The notes under the pieces: model-generated
Seen by the model: only the letters and a program-made list of their open reading frames with translations
What the model was told of the DNA's origin: nothing
Databases searched by the model: none
Source: Marinicella sp.
GTDB lineage: Bacteria > Pseudomonadota > Gammaproteobacteria > Xanthomonadales > Marinicellaceae
DNA: 64,000 nt
Assembly: GCA_965230295.1 (NCBI GenBank)
Contig: OZ246001.1
Span: 3,424,001-3,488,000 of the forward strand
Direction: 5' to 3'
Translations under genes and position numbers: made by a program
Shown: positions 1 through 9,179 of the stretch, in pieces
How the letters are laid out: each line of letters begins with the position of its first letter
Position numbering within the stretch: the first letter of the stretch is position 1

Positions 1-291
1 TTGTAATTGATGTTTCTTGGCTGCCGTGGCTATTTCGTGGTTGAATTTGTCTACAATCAAAGGGGTGGTATTCCAGTTGATTGAATTTCTCCAGGCAGCA
101 CATTCAGGACATCTGACATTCAGAATGGAATAAGATTTTCCAGCAGGCTTTTTTGATGAATAGTGTATAATTCCCTGTTTATCAACATGCTTGTAAACTT
201 TCAGGTTTTTACTGGCAACCGCCAGATGAGAAAACAGCAACAGTATGACTGTCAAAGTAAAGCATGTAGTTTGAGATCGATCAAATAACAT
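1..291 (-). CDS. Partial (runs off window start) DUF4124-domain / SLT-type lytic transglycosylase
   Basis: Hand translation from ATG at 291: MLFDRSQTTCFTLTVILLLFSHLAVASKNLKVYKHVDKQGIIHYSSKKP...CPECAAWRNSINWNTTPLIVDKFNHEIATAAKKHQLQ. It has a signal peptide, the DUF4124 'YK.VD..G..HYS..P' motif and the start of an SLT-like domain. Not in the ORF track. Confidence 0.7.
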   Translation of the reverse strand, partial: MLFDRSQTTCFTLTVILLLFSHLAVASKNLKVYKHVDKQGIIHYSSKKPAGKSYSILNVRCPECAAWRNSINWNTTPLIVDKFNHEIATAAKKHQLQ

Positions 292-381
292 ATATGAGTA
301 AAAAACAGGTTTATGAAACATCAAATTATAAATAAATCAAAGGCTTTAAACAAACTGATGAAGCCATTTATTAGCCTTGAA

Positions 382-765
382 ATGAAGAAAAAAGCACTAT
401 TTACGCTTATTTTGGCTGTTTTGACTGTTTTATCAGGCTGTGGTTCACCAGGTGCGACAAAAATTGACGACAACACTTTTTACCAACTAGAAGCTGATGT
501 GGAGACAGTGGTTAATTCATCGGTGGCAGATGCTGCACCGCTAGAGATCAAAGGCATACAACAAAAACTCCAAATGGCTAAAAAAGCCAAAGCAGATCGT
601 GACCGCCGGTCAGAAGCACAGTTCACAGAACAAATATATGCAGATATCAAAGTGGCTAAACTTCGGGCAGAGCTCAACATGAAAAACAACACGTTGTTAG
701 ACAAACGAGACCAGGTTTCATCTGCACAAGTTTATTTATTAGAGTTAGAGGAGCGATTGAAATGA
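382..765 (+). CDS. DUF4398-like lipoprotein
   Basis: Lipobox LSGC after MKKKALF (ATG at 382 preferred over 313); helical; overlaps the following OmpA gene, the usual pairing. Confidence 0.7.
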   Translation: MKKKALFTLILAVLTVLSGCGSPGATKIDDNTFYQLEADVETVVNSSVADAAPLEIKGIQQKLQMAKKAKADRDRRSEAQFTEQIYADIKVAKLRAELNMKNNTLLDKRDQVSSAQVYLLELEERLK

Positions 766-1730
766 AAAAGTTAATCCTCTTACTGGTTATATGTGGTGTT
801 ACACCATTGAGTTGGGCAGCTAAAAAGAACTTAGAGTTAGAAGCCTTGCGCATCGAATTTGATAATTTCATCACTGAAACCAAGTATAAACCTTATGCCA
901 AAGCAGAGAAATCTGCGGCCAAAACAGCCATTGAAGCATTGTATAACCAGCGCGGCAAAGTCAAAGAGCATGCTGTTTATATGGCCAGACACCACCTGAC
1001 CATTGCTAAAATGGTGGCGGAATCTCAGTATTTGGATGGCCAAATTCAAACTGAAGATGACCTGATGGATCAGCTCAATATTGAAATTTTGAAGACAGAA
1101 GCCACAGTTGCCAGATTAGAGGCGGATCGAGCCCAATTGTTACTGAGCTTACAGGCAGAGGAAGTCGAAAGAGAGCGCTTAGAAAAACAAAAAGCTTTGG
1201 AGTTGGCTTCGCAAATTGCCAATGAAAAAGAAATGACACAAGCTGAACTGGCAGCGGCCAAAGAATATGCCAAAGCGCAGGAAAAAGTAGCTGAGTTAGC
1301 CAAACAGGAAGCTGACTTGGCCTTTGAAGAAATTGATGCACTGCGCAGACAATTGGAATCCTTGGCTTCACGTGAGACAGCCGATGGATTGGTGATGACT
1401 TTGGGTGATTTTGTGTTTGATTCAGCTTCAGCCAACATCAAGCAAGCGGCAGTTAATAATTTCACCAAAGTACTTGATTTCATTGATGGCTATCCAGACC
1501 GTAACATACGCATAGAAGGGCATACAGATTCATCTGGCAGTGATTCTTTCAACTTGAATTTATCTCAAAAAAGGGCAGATGCCGTGAAAGAACTGCTGGT
1601 TGATTATGGCATCATCTCTTCCAGAATTGAAGCCATTGGAATGGGAGAATCCTTACCAGTAGCCGATAACAATACGGAAGCAGGTAAAGCCAAAAATCGC
1701 CGCGTGGACATCATCATACTGAATAAATAA
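762..1730 (+). CDS. OmpA-family peptidoglycan-binding protein with coiled-coil N-terminus
   Basis: C-terminal IEGHTDSSGSDSFNLNLSQKRADAV...NRRVDI OmpA_C motifs; signal peptide. Confidence 0.92.
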   Translation: MKKLILLLVICGVTPLSWAAKKNLELEALRIEFDNFITETKYKPYAKAEKSAAKTAIEALYNQRGKVKEHAVYMARHHLTIAKMVAESQYLDGQIQTEDDLMDQLNIEILKTEATVARLEADRAQLLLSLQAEEVERERLEKQKALELASQIANEKEMTQAELAAAKEYAKAQEKVAELAKQEADLAFEEIDALRRQLESLASRETADGLVMTLGDFVFDSASANIKQAAVNNFTKVLDFIDGYPDRNIRIEGHTDSSGSDSFNLNLSQKRADAVKELLVDYGIISSRIEAIGMGESLPVADNNTEAGKAKNRRVDIIILNK

Positions 1731-1754
1731 TAAAACTTACATTTAGGGGCACAC

Positions 1755-3131
1755 ATGCAAGTAGTTAACTCCGTGTTAGACCTGATCGGTCGCACGCCTA
1801 TGGTTAAAGTCAACCACTTAGACACCGGTCTATGTAATCTATATCTGAAATTGGAGAACATGAATCCTGGCGGCTCGATCAAAGACCGCATCGGCATGTC
1901 TATGATCGAAGAAGCAGAGAAAGCGGGCCAAATAAAACCAGGTGATACCTTGGTAGAAGGCACAGCTGGTAATACCGGCATTGGACTGGCTTTGGTTGCT
2001 GCACAAAAAGGCTACAAACTTATTCTGGTCATTCCGGACAAAATGAGTAAGGAAAAAATCTTCAACCTCAAAGCCATGGGTGCTGAGATTGTTTTGACTC
2101 GTTCTGATGTGGCCAAAGGACATCCACAATATTATCAGGACCTGGCAGCAACCATTGCGGAAGATACGCCAGGTGCTTATTTCATCAATCAGTTTGCTAA
2201 CCCCAACAATCCCAAAGCGCATTATCAAACCACAGCACCTGAGATCTTTGAGCAATTGAATGATCAAGTGGATGCCATTGTTTTTGGTGTTGGATCCAGC
2301 GGTACAGTGACCGGACTCAGCCAGTATGTCAAAGAGCACCACCCCAGCACTGAATTGATTTTGGCTGACCCGGTGGGCAGTATTTTGGCTCAGTACATCA
2401 ACGAAGGCGTACTCAGTGAGGACAGTGGCAGCTGGAAAGTAGAAGGTATTGGTGAGGACTTTCTGCCCAGTATCAGTGATTTTACCCATGTCACCAAAGC
2501 TTATGCTGTCAGTGACCAGGAAAGTTTTGCTGCTGGTCGTGAATTGCTTTGTAAGGAGGGCATTTTAGGTGGCTCTTCAACCGGTACCTTGATGCAAGCA
2601 GCTTTGAATTACTGTCAGGAAGCCACCGAGCCTAAGAATGTGGTGGTCTTTGTTTGTGACACCGGAAATAAATACCTGTCCAAAATGTACAACGACTATT
2701 GGATGATGGACAACGGTTACATTGAAACCAAACAGTATGGTGATTTACGTGATCTTATTTCCAGACCTTATCAGTCAAACGACACCATTGTGATGCGCCC
2801 CAATGAAACGTTGGCAACCGTATATCAACGCATGAAGCTCTATGATGTATCACAAATGCCAGTGATGGAAGGTGATCAAATTGTCGGTATCATTGATGAA
2901 TCTGATGTGTTGATGAAAGTATTCGAAAATGCCCAGGCTTTTGATGACACGGTGGCGACAGCCATGACCAGTAACCTGGAGTTTCTGAGCATCAAAACCC
3001 CATTAGACCAGTTGATGCCTATTTTTGATGAAGGCAAAGTGGCCATTGTGAAAGAAAATGATCAATTCCTGGGTCTGATAACGCGCATTGATTTACTCAA
3101 TTACCTCAGAAGGGTTGATATCAACCAATGA
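1755..3131 (+). CDS. cbs: Cystathionine beta-synthase (PLP-dependent, C-terminal CBS domains)
   Basis: NPGGSIKDR PLP-lysine motif, TAGNTG, GSSGT, C-terminal CBS pair; next to a cystathionine lyase. Confidence 0.9.
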   Translation: MQVVNSVLDLIGRTPMVKVNHLDTGLCNLYLKLENMNPGGSIKDRIGMSMIEEAEKAGQIKPGDTLVEGTAGNTGIGLALVAAQKGYKLILVIPDKMSKEKIFNLKAMGAEIVLTRSDVAKGHPQYYQDLAATIAEDTPGAYFINQFANPNNPKAHYQTTAPEIFEQLNDQVDAIVFGVGSSGTVTGLSQYVKEHHPSTELILADPVGSILAQYINEGVLSEDSGSWKVEGIGEDFLPSISDFTHVTKAYAVSDQESFAAGRELLCKEGILGGSSTGTLMQAALNYCQEATEPKNVVVFVCDTGNKYLSKMYNDYWMMDNGYIETKQYGDLRDLISRPYQSNDTIVMRPNETLATVYQRMKLYDVSQMPVMEGDQIVGIIDESDVLMKVFENAQAFDDTVATAMTSNLEFLSIKTPLDQLMPIFDEGKVAIVKENDQFLGLITRIDLLNYLRRVDINQ

Positions 3132-3179
3132 AACCAAATATCTGGTCCACAAAATAAAATCTTGAGCCACTGAATTGAC

Positions 3180-4358
3180 ATGAAAAACAACGAATACAAA
3201 AAAGACAAAGCCTATAAAGGCTTGCAAACCAAAGCCATCCATGCAGGACAATTTGTGGATGAAACCACTGGGGCAGTGATGCCACCCATTTACACCACGT
3301 CTACCTACGTACAGAGCAGCCCTGGTAAACACCAGGGTTTTGAGTATTCGCGGTCGCACAATCCGACACGCTTTGCATATGAACGTGCTGTGGCAGCCAT
3401 GGAAAATGGTACCCATGGGTTTGCTTTTGCTTCAGGAATGGCGGCCACTTCAACGATCATTGAATTGTTAGACTCAGGCGATCATGTGATCGCCATGGAT
3501 GATTTGTATGGCGGGACCAACCGCTTGTTTCGCATGGTGAGAAAGCGCACTGCGAATTTGGACTTTGATTATGTGGATTTGACTCAAGAAATTGATAATC
3601 TGGATCAATTCCTCAAAGCCAACAGCAAAATGATTTGGGTGGAAACCCCAACCAATCCGATGCTGAAAGTGGTAGATATCGAAAAGATTGTGGCCTTTGC
3701 TCAACAGCATGGCTTGTTGACAGTGGTGGACAACACTTTTGCGTCTCCATACCTGCAAAACCCTTTGGACATGGGCGTGGATTTGGTGATGCATTCGGCC
3801 ACCAAATTCATCAATGGCCATTCTGATATGGTCGGTGGATTTGTGGCGGTGAATGACCACGAACTGGCAGAACAGGTGGGCTTTTTACAAAATGCCATTG
3901 GTGGAGTGGCTGGACCTTTTGATGCCTATCAAGCACTGCGCGGATTCAAGACATTGCCTTTGCGCATGGAAAAACACTGTCAAAATGCCCAAACCATTGC
4001 CGAGTGGTTAGAAAATGACCCTCGAGTGGAAAAAGTGATTTACCCGGGCTTACCTTCTCACCCGCAACATGAGCTGGCTAAAAAACAAATGCGTGGTTTT
4101 GGTGGCATCATCACAGTACTGATCAAAGGTGGTGTAGAAGAAACCGCTGCCATGATGGAAAAATGTCACCTATTCGCTTTGGCTGAGTCCTTGGGCGGTA
4201 TCGAGTCATTGATCAACCACCCCGCCATCATGACCCATGCATCAGTCCCAGCTGAGCAACGCGCGCAAATTGGTATCACCGATAATTTGGTGCGGTTGTC
4301 CGTCGGCATCGAAGATGTCGAAGACCTGATAGAAGAATTGGATCACGCATTGGGCTGA
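3180..4358 (+). CDS. Cystathionine gamma-lyase/gamma-synthase (Cys/Met metabolism PLP enzyme)
   Basis: YSRSHNPTR, FASGMAA, ETPTNP, DNTF, HSATKFINGHSD and AESLGG motifs. Confidence 0.92.
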   Translation: MKNNEYKKDKAYKGLQTKAIHAGQFVDETTGAVMPPIYTTSTYVQSSPGKHQGFEYSRSHNPTRFAYERAVAAMENGTHGFAFASGMAATSTIIELLDSGDHVIAMDDLYGGTNRLFRMVRKRTANLDFDYVDLTQEIDNLDQFLKANSKMIWVETPTNPMLKVVDIEKIVAFAQQHGLLTVVDNTFASPYLQNPLDMGVDLVMHSATKFINGHSDMVGGFVAVNDHELAEQVGFLQNAIGGVAGPFDAYQALRGFKTLPLRMEKHCQNAQTIAEWLENDPRVEKVIYPGLPSHPQHELAKKQMRGFGGIITVLIKGGVEETAAMMEKCHLFALAESLGGIESLINHPAIMTHASVPAEQRAQIGITDNLVRLSVGIEDVEDLIEELDHALG

Positions 4359-4396
4359 TTCAATCCTGTTATTCCGACTAGAGAAAAACAGAAACA

Positions 4397-4432
4397 GTCA
4401 TTCCGACCGAGCAGTGCGAGTGGAGGAATCTC
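4397..4432 (+). repeat. REP-like palindrome (GTCATTCCGAC...GAGTGGAGGAATCTC)
   Basis: Imperfect palindrome; a near-identical reverse-complement copy lies at 33845-33878. Confidence 0.75.
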
Positions 4433-4460
4433 CTAACGGATTGAACAAACATAATCTGCC

Positions 4461-4489
4461 GTCATCCTCGGGCTTGACCCGGGGATCCA
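4461..4489 (+). repeat. REP-like palindrome GTCATCCTCGGGCTTGACCCGGGGATCCA
   Basis: Hairpin ATCCTCGGG-CTTGA-CCCGGGGAT; a degenerate inverted partner lies at 5051-5101. Confidence 0.7.
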
Positions 4490-4563
4490 TTTTTTAATGC
4501 TTAAGATTAAATATGAGGCTATTAATTAAAGCATGATATTTTAATTAGGATAAGCTTAATGAA

Positions 4564-5010
4564 ATGATTAAATATACCTTAATATTTATATTCTATTTGA
4601 TTGAGATTGATGCTTGCGAGATTGATCAATACATTGCTCCAATGACTACAACTGAACTGATACTTAAAGAAAAGAAAGGTCTCAGTGGTACAACCGGTGC
4701 TGTGATGATTCAATGGAGATTTGATGCATGCGAGATTCTTACTTCTGGCTATAACCTCTTAAATGATACAGAAAAAGCACTAGAAGATGAATGTCAAAAC
4801 GTTACTTTGATAACCTCTAACACTGAAACACACTATTTATCACAGGCCGATTCGTCAATAAAAGGAAGTTTACACCCTGATTTAGTAACAATGGCATGGA
4901 TGAGAAATGAAAAAACTAACCTTTACGTTAATGATGGATTAACAAGTGGTAAATTGATATATGACGGTTATGGAAATAAAGGCAAAACTTTAACTGAGTG
5001 TATGGATTAA
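4564..5010 (+). CDS. Hypothetical exported protein (AT-rich orphan)
   Basis: 148-aa ORF with hydrophobic N-terminus and 4 Cys; AGGA upstream; no family recognised. Confidence 0.55.
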   Translation: MIKYTLIFIFYLIEIDACEIDQYIAPMTTTELILKEKKGLSGTTGAVMIQWRFDACEILTSGYNLLNDTEKALEDECQNVTLITSNTETHYLSQADSSIKGSLHPDLVTMAWMRNEKTNLYVNDGLTSGKLIYDGYGNKGKTLTECMD

Positions 5011-5050
5011 TCTATCTTTTAACACAAGTACTTGTGGTGATTTAATGCAA

Positions 5051-5101
5051 TGGATTCCCGGTTCACCAAAAGTAGGTTCTTTAATGGAGAACGAGGATAA
5101 C
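5051..5101 (-). repeat. Degenerate REP-like palindrome, inverted partner of 4461-4489
   Basis: TGGATTCCCGG...CGAGGATAAC resembles the reverse complement of the 4461 element, with an enlarged loop. Confidence 0.45.
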
Positions 5102-5138
5102 TAAATTCAGGGATTACTTTTAAACGAATGTCCAAATA

Positions 5139-5690
5139 TTACTCAGTATATTCTTCGATCAACTCGATATTTAAATGATAAGCAGCTGTGGCTAAATCAT
5201 GGGATTTAATTGAGGTGGTGAGCAGTCCTGAAAAATCAAATGGTTCGTAAATTTTCTCCAAGCTGAAACCATTCTTATAGACCCCGAAAAGCGTTTGATT
5301 GGGTGGTGGGGGCGGGTAATGTATACAAGCCCCAAAGTAAGGAACGATAAAAAACTCTGTTGTTTTATCGCCTTCAATGGAGACAGGTACAATAAACCCT
5401 GGTATTTTGATGTTTTTATTGTTCAGAGACTCTACGATGTTGGTTGATGTAAGTGCTCTCTGATATTCATCGTCTGCAGCCAGCATCAATGAATTGAATA
5501 CCTGATTTGAAATGTCATCCTGAGCGCTACCTTCAGGAATATTGAATAATTCTTCTGGCGGGTTGTACAAAGCATTCATGTCATCATGGGGCATTAAATC
5601 AACCCACTGAATTCTTTTAAATTTTTCTGTTTCAGCCATGATGGCGTTTGTGAATATCAGCGTGAACAAGATAAATTTTATTTTATTCAT
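5139..5690 (-). CDS. DUF3299 family protein (ZrgD-like)
   Basis: W.DL.P, KIPGFIVP, EFFIVPYFGACIHYPPPPPNQ motif; in a zinc-uptake context. Confidence 0.88.
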   Translation of the reverse strand: MNKIKFILFTLIFTNAIMAETEKFKRIQWVDLMPHDDMNALYNPPEELFNIPEGSAQDDISNQVFNSLMLAADDEYQRALTSTNIVESLNNKNIKIPGFIVPVSIEGDKTTEFFIVPYFGACIHYPPPPPNQTLFGVYKNGFSLEKIYEPFDFSGLLTTSIKSHDLATAAYHLNIELIEEYTE

Positions 5691-5711
5691 GGTACGTGGG
5701 CTTTGAAATGT

Positions 5712-5728
5712 GTGATATATTGTATCAC
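5712..5728. promoter_or_regulatory. Putative Zur box 1 (GTGATATATTGTATCAC) in the divergent DUF3299/ABC promoter
   Basis: Palindrome; the same core recurs four more times upstream of genes in this cluster; resembles the gammaproteobacterial Zur consensus TGTTATA-N-TATAACA. Confidence 0.75.
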
Positions 5729-5810
5729 TTTTTTATGGGCCTGAATCAAAGCTTGTTTTAAATATATAGAGCCTTCGAATGCCATCAAGTTAAACAGTCA
5801 TCATTCAGTC

Positions 5811-6470
5811 ATGATAAAAATAGATAATTTAAAGTTTCGTTACAACAATCAGGAAACTGATACCATTAACATTCCATCTTGGCACATCAAACATGAAGAC
5901 ATTGTTTTTCTATCAGGTCATTCTGGTTCTGGGAAGTCTACCCTAATTAACATTTTGGCTGGACTGCTCAATCCTGACCATGGAACAGTTGGTATTGATG
6001 GCACTTCTATTGAGCGATTAAAGCCAAAACTAAAAAACAGGTTCAGGGCCAACCACATTGGCCTGATCAGTCAACAATTCAACTTAATTCCGTACTTGAG
6101 CGTGTTTGAAAACATCAACTTAGCCCATTCATTTCAAAATGGGAAGAATGCTGATTTAACCAATGATGTGAAAGTTTTGATGGATAAGTTAAAGTTACAG
6201 CCTTCTTTGTTGTACAACAGGGCCAGTGAACTCAGTATAGGTCAACAACAGCGAGTGGCGATTATCCGAGCCATGATTAACAAGCCCAAATTGCTGTTGG
6301 CAGATGAACCCACTTCGGCACTTGACCACCAAGCTAAATTCAGTTTCATTGAATTGCTCAACAGCACTGCAGTGAAACACCAAATGACACTCCTGTTCAT
6401 CAGTCATGATGTGACATTAAAAAGATACTTTCCTACTACTGTTGATATGGAGCAAATCAATGTTGTTTAA
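5811..6470 (+). CDS. ABC transporter ATP-binding protein (ZrgB/LolD-like)
   Basis: Walker A GHSGSGKST, signature LSIGQQQRV, Walker B LLLADEPT, H-loop SHD. Confidence 0.92.
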   Translation: MIKIDNLKFRYNNQETDTINIPSWHIKHEDIVFLSGHSGSGKSTLINILAGLLNPDHGTVGIDGTSIERLKPKLKNRFRANHIGLISQQFNLIPYLSVFENINLAHSFQNGKNADLTNDVKVLMDKLKLQPSLLYNRASELSIGQQQRVAIIRAMINKPKLLLADEPTSALDHQAKFSFIELLNSTAVKHQMTLLFISHDVTLKRYFPTTVDMEQINVV

Positions 6471-7707
6471 TTTGGCTTTTAAGAGCTTGCTCAACAGAAA
6501 GTCAGCAGTGATTTTGACTGTAGTCTCCATAACTGTGGGCATCTTGTTATTGATTTCATTTTCATTCATCAAAGATCAAGTCAGAACCAGTTTTTCAAAA
6601 ACCATCAATGGTATAGATTTGATCGTAGGGAGCAAAACCAGTGACATCAATTTATTGCTTTATTCAGTATTTCATGTAGGTTCTGCGACAAACAATATCA
6701 GTTGGGATGGTTATCAAAAACTCAAAAATGATCAATCAGTGTCTTGGGCCATACCAATTTCCTTGGGTGATTCACACGCCGGTTACCGCGTCATAGGAAC
6801 CAGTGATGCTTATCTGAAGCATTATCGATTTGGTAATAAGCAAGCCATGAACTTTGAGCAGGGGGAATGGTTCATTCACCCTTTTGATATTGTATTGGGT
6901 CAAGAAGTGGCTGAAAAATTGAATTACCAGGTCGGTGATTTGATTTCACTTTCTCACGGAGTCAGCAAAACCAGTTTTAAAAAACATGATCAAATCGGGT
7001 TTAAAGTTACGGGTATACTGAATAACACCGGCACCCCCATTGATCAATCTCTGTTCGTTTCTTTAACAGGTTTAGAAGCCGTCCACTTGAATTGGCCAAA
7101 AACTGAACCCGAGCAACAGCACTTGATTCAATATATTGAAGAAAACGGATTGCAACCTAAATCAATTACAGCAACGTTTCTGGCCCTTAAAAACAAGTCA
7201 TCCACTTTTGTAGTACAAAGAAAAATTAATCAAAACAGTGATGAACCCTTACAAGCCGTTTTACCAGGGGTTGCGTTAGCCCAACTGTGGAACTTGTCTA
7301 AAATGTTTGAACAATCACTTTGGTTGGTAGGCGTCTTGGTATTTGTTACCACCATTATCGGTATGATCAATATGCTGATTGTTTCTTTGCAATCGCGAAA
7401 AAAAGAATTGGCTCTTCTCAGAATCATTGGAGCCAGTCCAATGTATTGTTTTCTGCTGGTGCAAATTGAATCTTTTTTGGTCGTATTAACAGCCATCTTA
7501 ATGGCCTTGGCATTTGGCTATCTTATCTTTTGGCTTTTGGGCGACTGGTTCGGTACTCAATATGGCATTTACGTTGATTTACAGTCATACTTAAGTATCG
7601 ATTTACTGATCATATTTGCTGTTTTATCCTTGGCATCAATCATCTTGGTTTGTATTCCTGCCACTATGTTTTATCGGCAATCTATTGTAAAAAACATCAA
7701 TCACTGA
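6460..7707 (+). CDS. ABC transporter permease, MacB/FtsX type (ZrgC-like)
   Basis: LAFKSLLNR, DLIVG...LLLYSVF, W..PISLGDSH.G.RV.GT motifs; four TM segments; ATG at 6460. Confidence 0.88.
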   Translation: MLFNLAFKSLLNRKSAVILTVVSITVGILLLISFSFIKDQVRTSFSKTINGIDLIVGSKTSDINLLLYSVFHVGSATNNISWDGYQKLKNDQSVSWAIPISLGDSHAGYRVIGTSDAYLKHYRFGNKQAMNFEQGEWFIHPFDIVLGQEVAEKLNYQVGDLISLSHGVSKTSFKKHDQIGFKVTGILNNTGTPIDQSLFVSLTGLEAVHLNWPKTEPEQQHLIQYIEENGLQPKSITATFLALKNKSSTFVVQRKINQNSDEPLQAVLPGVALAQLWNLSKMFEQSLWLVGVLVFVTTIIGMINMLIVSLQSRKKELALLRIIGASPMYCFLLVQIESFLVVLTAILMALAFGYLIFWLLGDWFGTQYGIYVDLQSYLSIDLLIIFAVLSLASIILVCIPATMFYRQSIVKNINH

Positions 7708-7724
7708 TTTAATTTATGTTTTTG

Positions 7725-7743
7725 AATGATATAATGTATCATT
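7725..7743. promoter_or_regulatory. Putative Zur box 2 (AATGATATAATGTATCATT)
   Basis: Palindrome ending 16 nt upstream of the merC-like/DUF2796/zur/cobW unit. Confidence 0.8.
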
Positions 7744-7759
7744 TTAAAGATGGTTTTAT

Positions 7760-8131
7760 ATGACATTAGATAAAGATTATTTGGGTGTCTTTGTGTCTGG
7801 TCTTTGCCTGATTCACTGCATTGCAGGCCCCTTGTTACTGGCTTTTGGGGCCACATCAATTGGATTGACCTTGTTTGAAGATGAACGGATTCACCTGTTT
7901 TTAGTCGTCCCGATTTTTTTCTTGGCCGTTTGGAGCATACCAAAAGGGACCAAAGCCCATCACCATCCCTTACCTGCGATTGCAGGTACAGCAGGCATCA
8001 TCTGTCTATTTGCGGGACTCATGCTGGAAGAATTGGAATTGATACTGACCGTTACAGCCACAGTCCTGTTGATATTTGCCCACTTGTCCAACAAATGGTT
8101 GTTAACGCAAGCAGTGGGTTATGACCAGTAA
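7760..8131 (+). CDS. MerC-domain membrane protein (paralog 1)
   Basis: D.LG...SGLCLIHC motif, H-rich loop, four TM segments ending in AH..N. Confidence 0.85.
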   Translation: MTLDKDYLGVFVSGLCLIHCIAGPLLLAFGATSIGLTLFEDERIHLFLVVPIFFLAVWSIPKGTKAHHHPLPAIAGTAGIICLFAGLMLEELELILTVTATVLLIFAHLSNKWLLTQAVGYDQ

Positions 8132-8141
8132 TTGAATAACA

Positions 8142-8687
8142 ATGAAGTCAAGAATAGTCATCATTATTTTGTTGTTGGTGTTTGTAAAGAATTTACAAGC
8201 CGGTGGCGCTCATGTTCACGGACATGCCCGCATGACCATAGTTTTGGACGGTGAAACCTTACAGGTAACAATCATTTTTGCAGCCCATGATTTGCTGGGG
8301 TTTGAACATGCACCCAATACGCCAGAAGAGCAGCAATTGATTGATGCCGCTGTGGCGGAATTAGAAAACAATCAATCATGGTTGGTCTTAAGTGGCGGGG
8401 CATGTAACACACAGTCAGTACAAATTGTGAACCCTTTTCATCATCTAGGTCATGAACATCATGGTGCCAATGAACATGACCACAATCATGCGTCTCAAAC
8501 CTTTCATTACGATTTTGAACTCGCCATTAAATATGAATGTGAAAAACCAGCTGAATTAGACAGTTTAACGGTTAAAATACATCAAAAGTACGATGCCATC
8601 AGAGAGTTAGAGGTTCAATGGTTGGTTGATGATAAACAAGGTTTGACCCATGTAACCCCAGATCAAGCCACGGTGAAGTTTAAATGA
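8142..8687 (+). CDS. DUF2796 His-rich periplasmic zinc-binding protein (ZrgA-like)
   Basis: Signal peptide, then AHVHG, GFEH.P, a His-rich stretch and Y.C..P..L. Confidence 0.88.
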   Translation: MKSRIVIIILLLVFVKNLQAGGAHVHGHARMTIVLDGETLQVTIIFAAHDLLGFEHAPNTPEEQQLIDAAVAELENNQSWLVLSGGACNTQSVQIVNPFHHLGHEHHGANEHDHNHASQTFHYDFELAIKYECEKPAELDSLTVKIHQKYDAIRELEVQWLVDDKQGLTHVTPDQATVKFK

Positions 8688-9151
8688 ATACATCTGCAGT
8701 CAATAATATTTTGAGTAGAGCCGAAGTCAAGTGCAAGGAATCCGGTGCCAAGTTAACTGAAAAAAGAAAACTGGTTTTACGTCAATTGATCGAAACCAAC
8801 AAACTGTTGTCAGCATACGAAATTGTTGACCGGATGAAAACCCGATCGGAAAGAAGCATGCCTGCCATGTCTGTGTATCGCATACTCGATTTTCTAGAGT
8901 CAGCCAGCTTGGTCCACAAAATTGAATCTCAAAACAAATATGTAGCTTGTCGACATATCCAATGTGATCATCAACATCAATCGGCTCAATTCCTCATTTG
9001 TCAAAGCTGTGATTATGTGCGTGAAATTAATTTGAATCACATTGTGCTGGAAGACGTCCAAAGATTGGCTGAAATGGAAGATTTCAATCTTGAATTTTCA
9101 GTGATGGAGTTTAATGGTTTGTGTCACAACTGCCAACAAACGAACGCATAA
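8684..9151 (+). CDS. zur: Zinc uptake regulator (Fur family)
   Basis: LT.KR..V, SAYEI, P.SVYR.LDFL, VHKIES.N.YVAC.H..C.H.H, FLIC..C and GLC..C. Confidence 0.88.
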   Translation: MNTSAVNNILSRAEVKCKESGAKLTEKRKLVLRQLIETNKLLSAYEIVDRMKTRSERSMPAMSVYRILDFLESASLVHKIESQNKYVACRHIQCDHQHQSAQFLICQSCDYVREINLNHIVLEDVQRLAEMEDFNLEFSVMEFNGLCHNCQQTNA

Positions 9152-9179
9152 TATTCACTGATCATTCCAGGAGTCCTTT

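Noticed and set aside
1839-2489. Long antisense or alternate-frame ORFs (e.g. 1839-2489, 38865-39428, 39473-39982, 22146-22598, 29770-30180)
   Set aside because: They lie almost entirely within well-supported genes and show no motifs; shadow ORFs.
7760-8131. Mercury-resistance interpretation of the MerC-like genes
   Set aside because: No merR/merA/merP/merT is present; the context and operators indicate zinc homeostasis.
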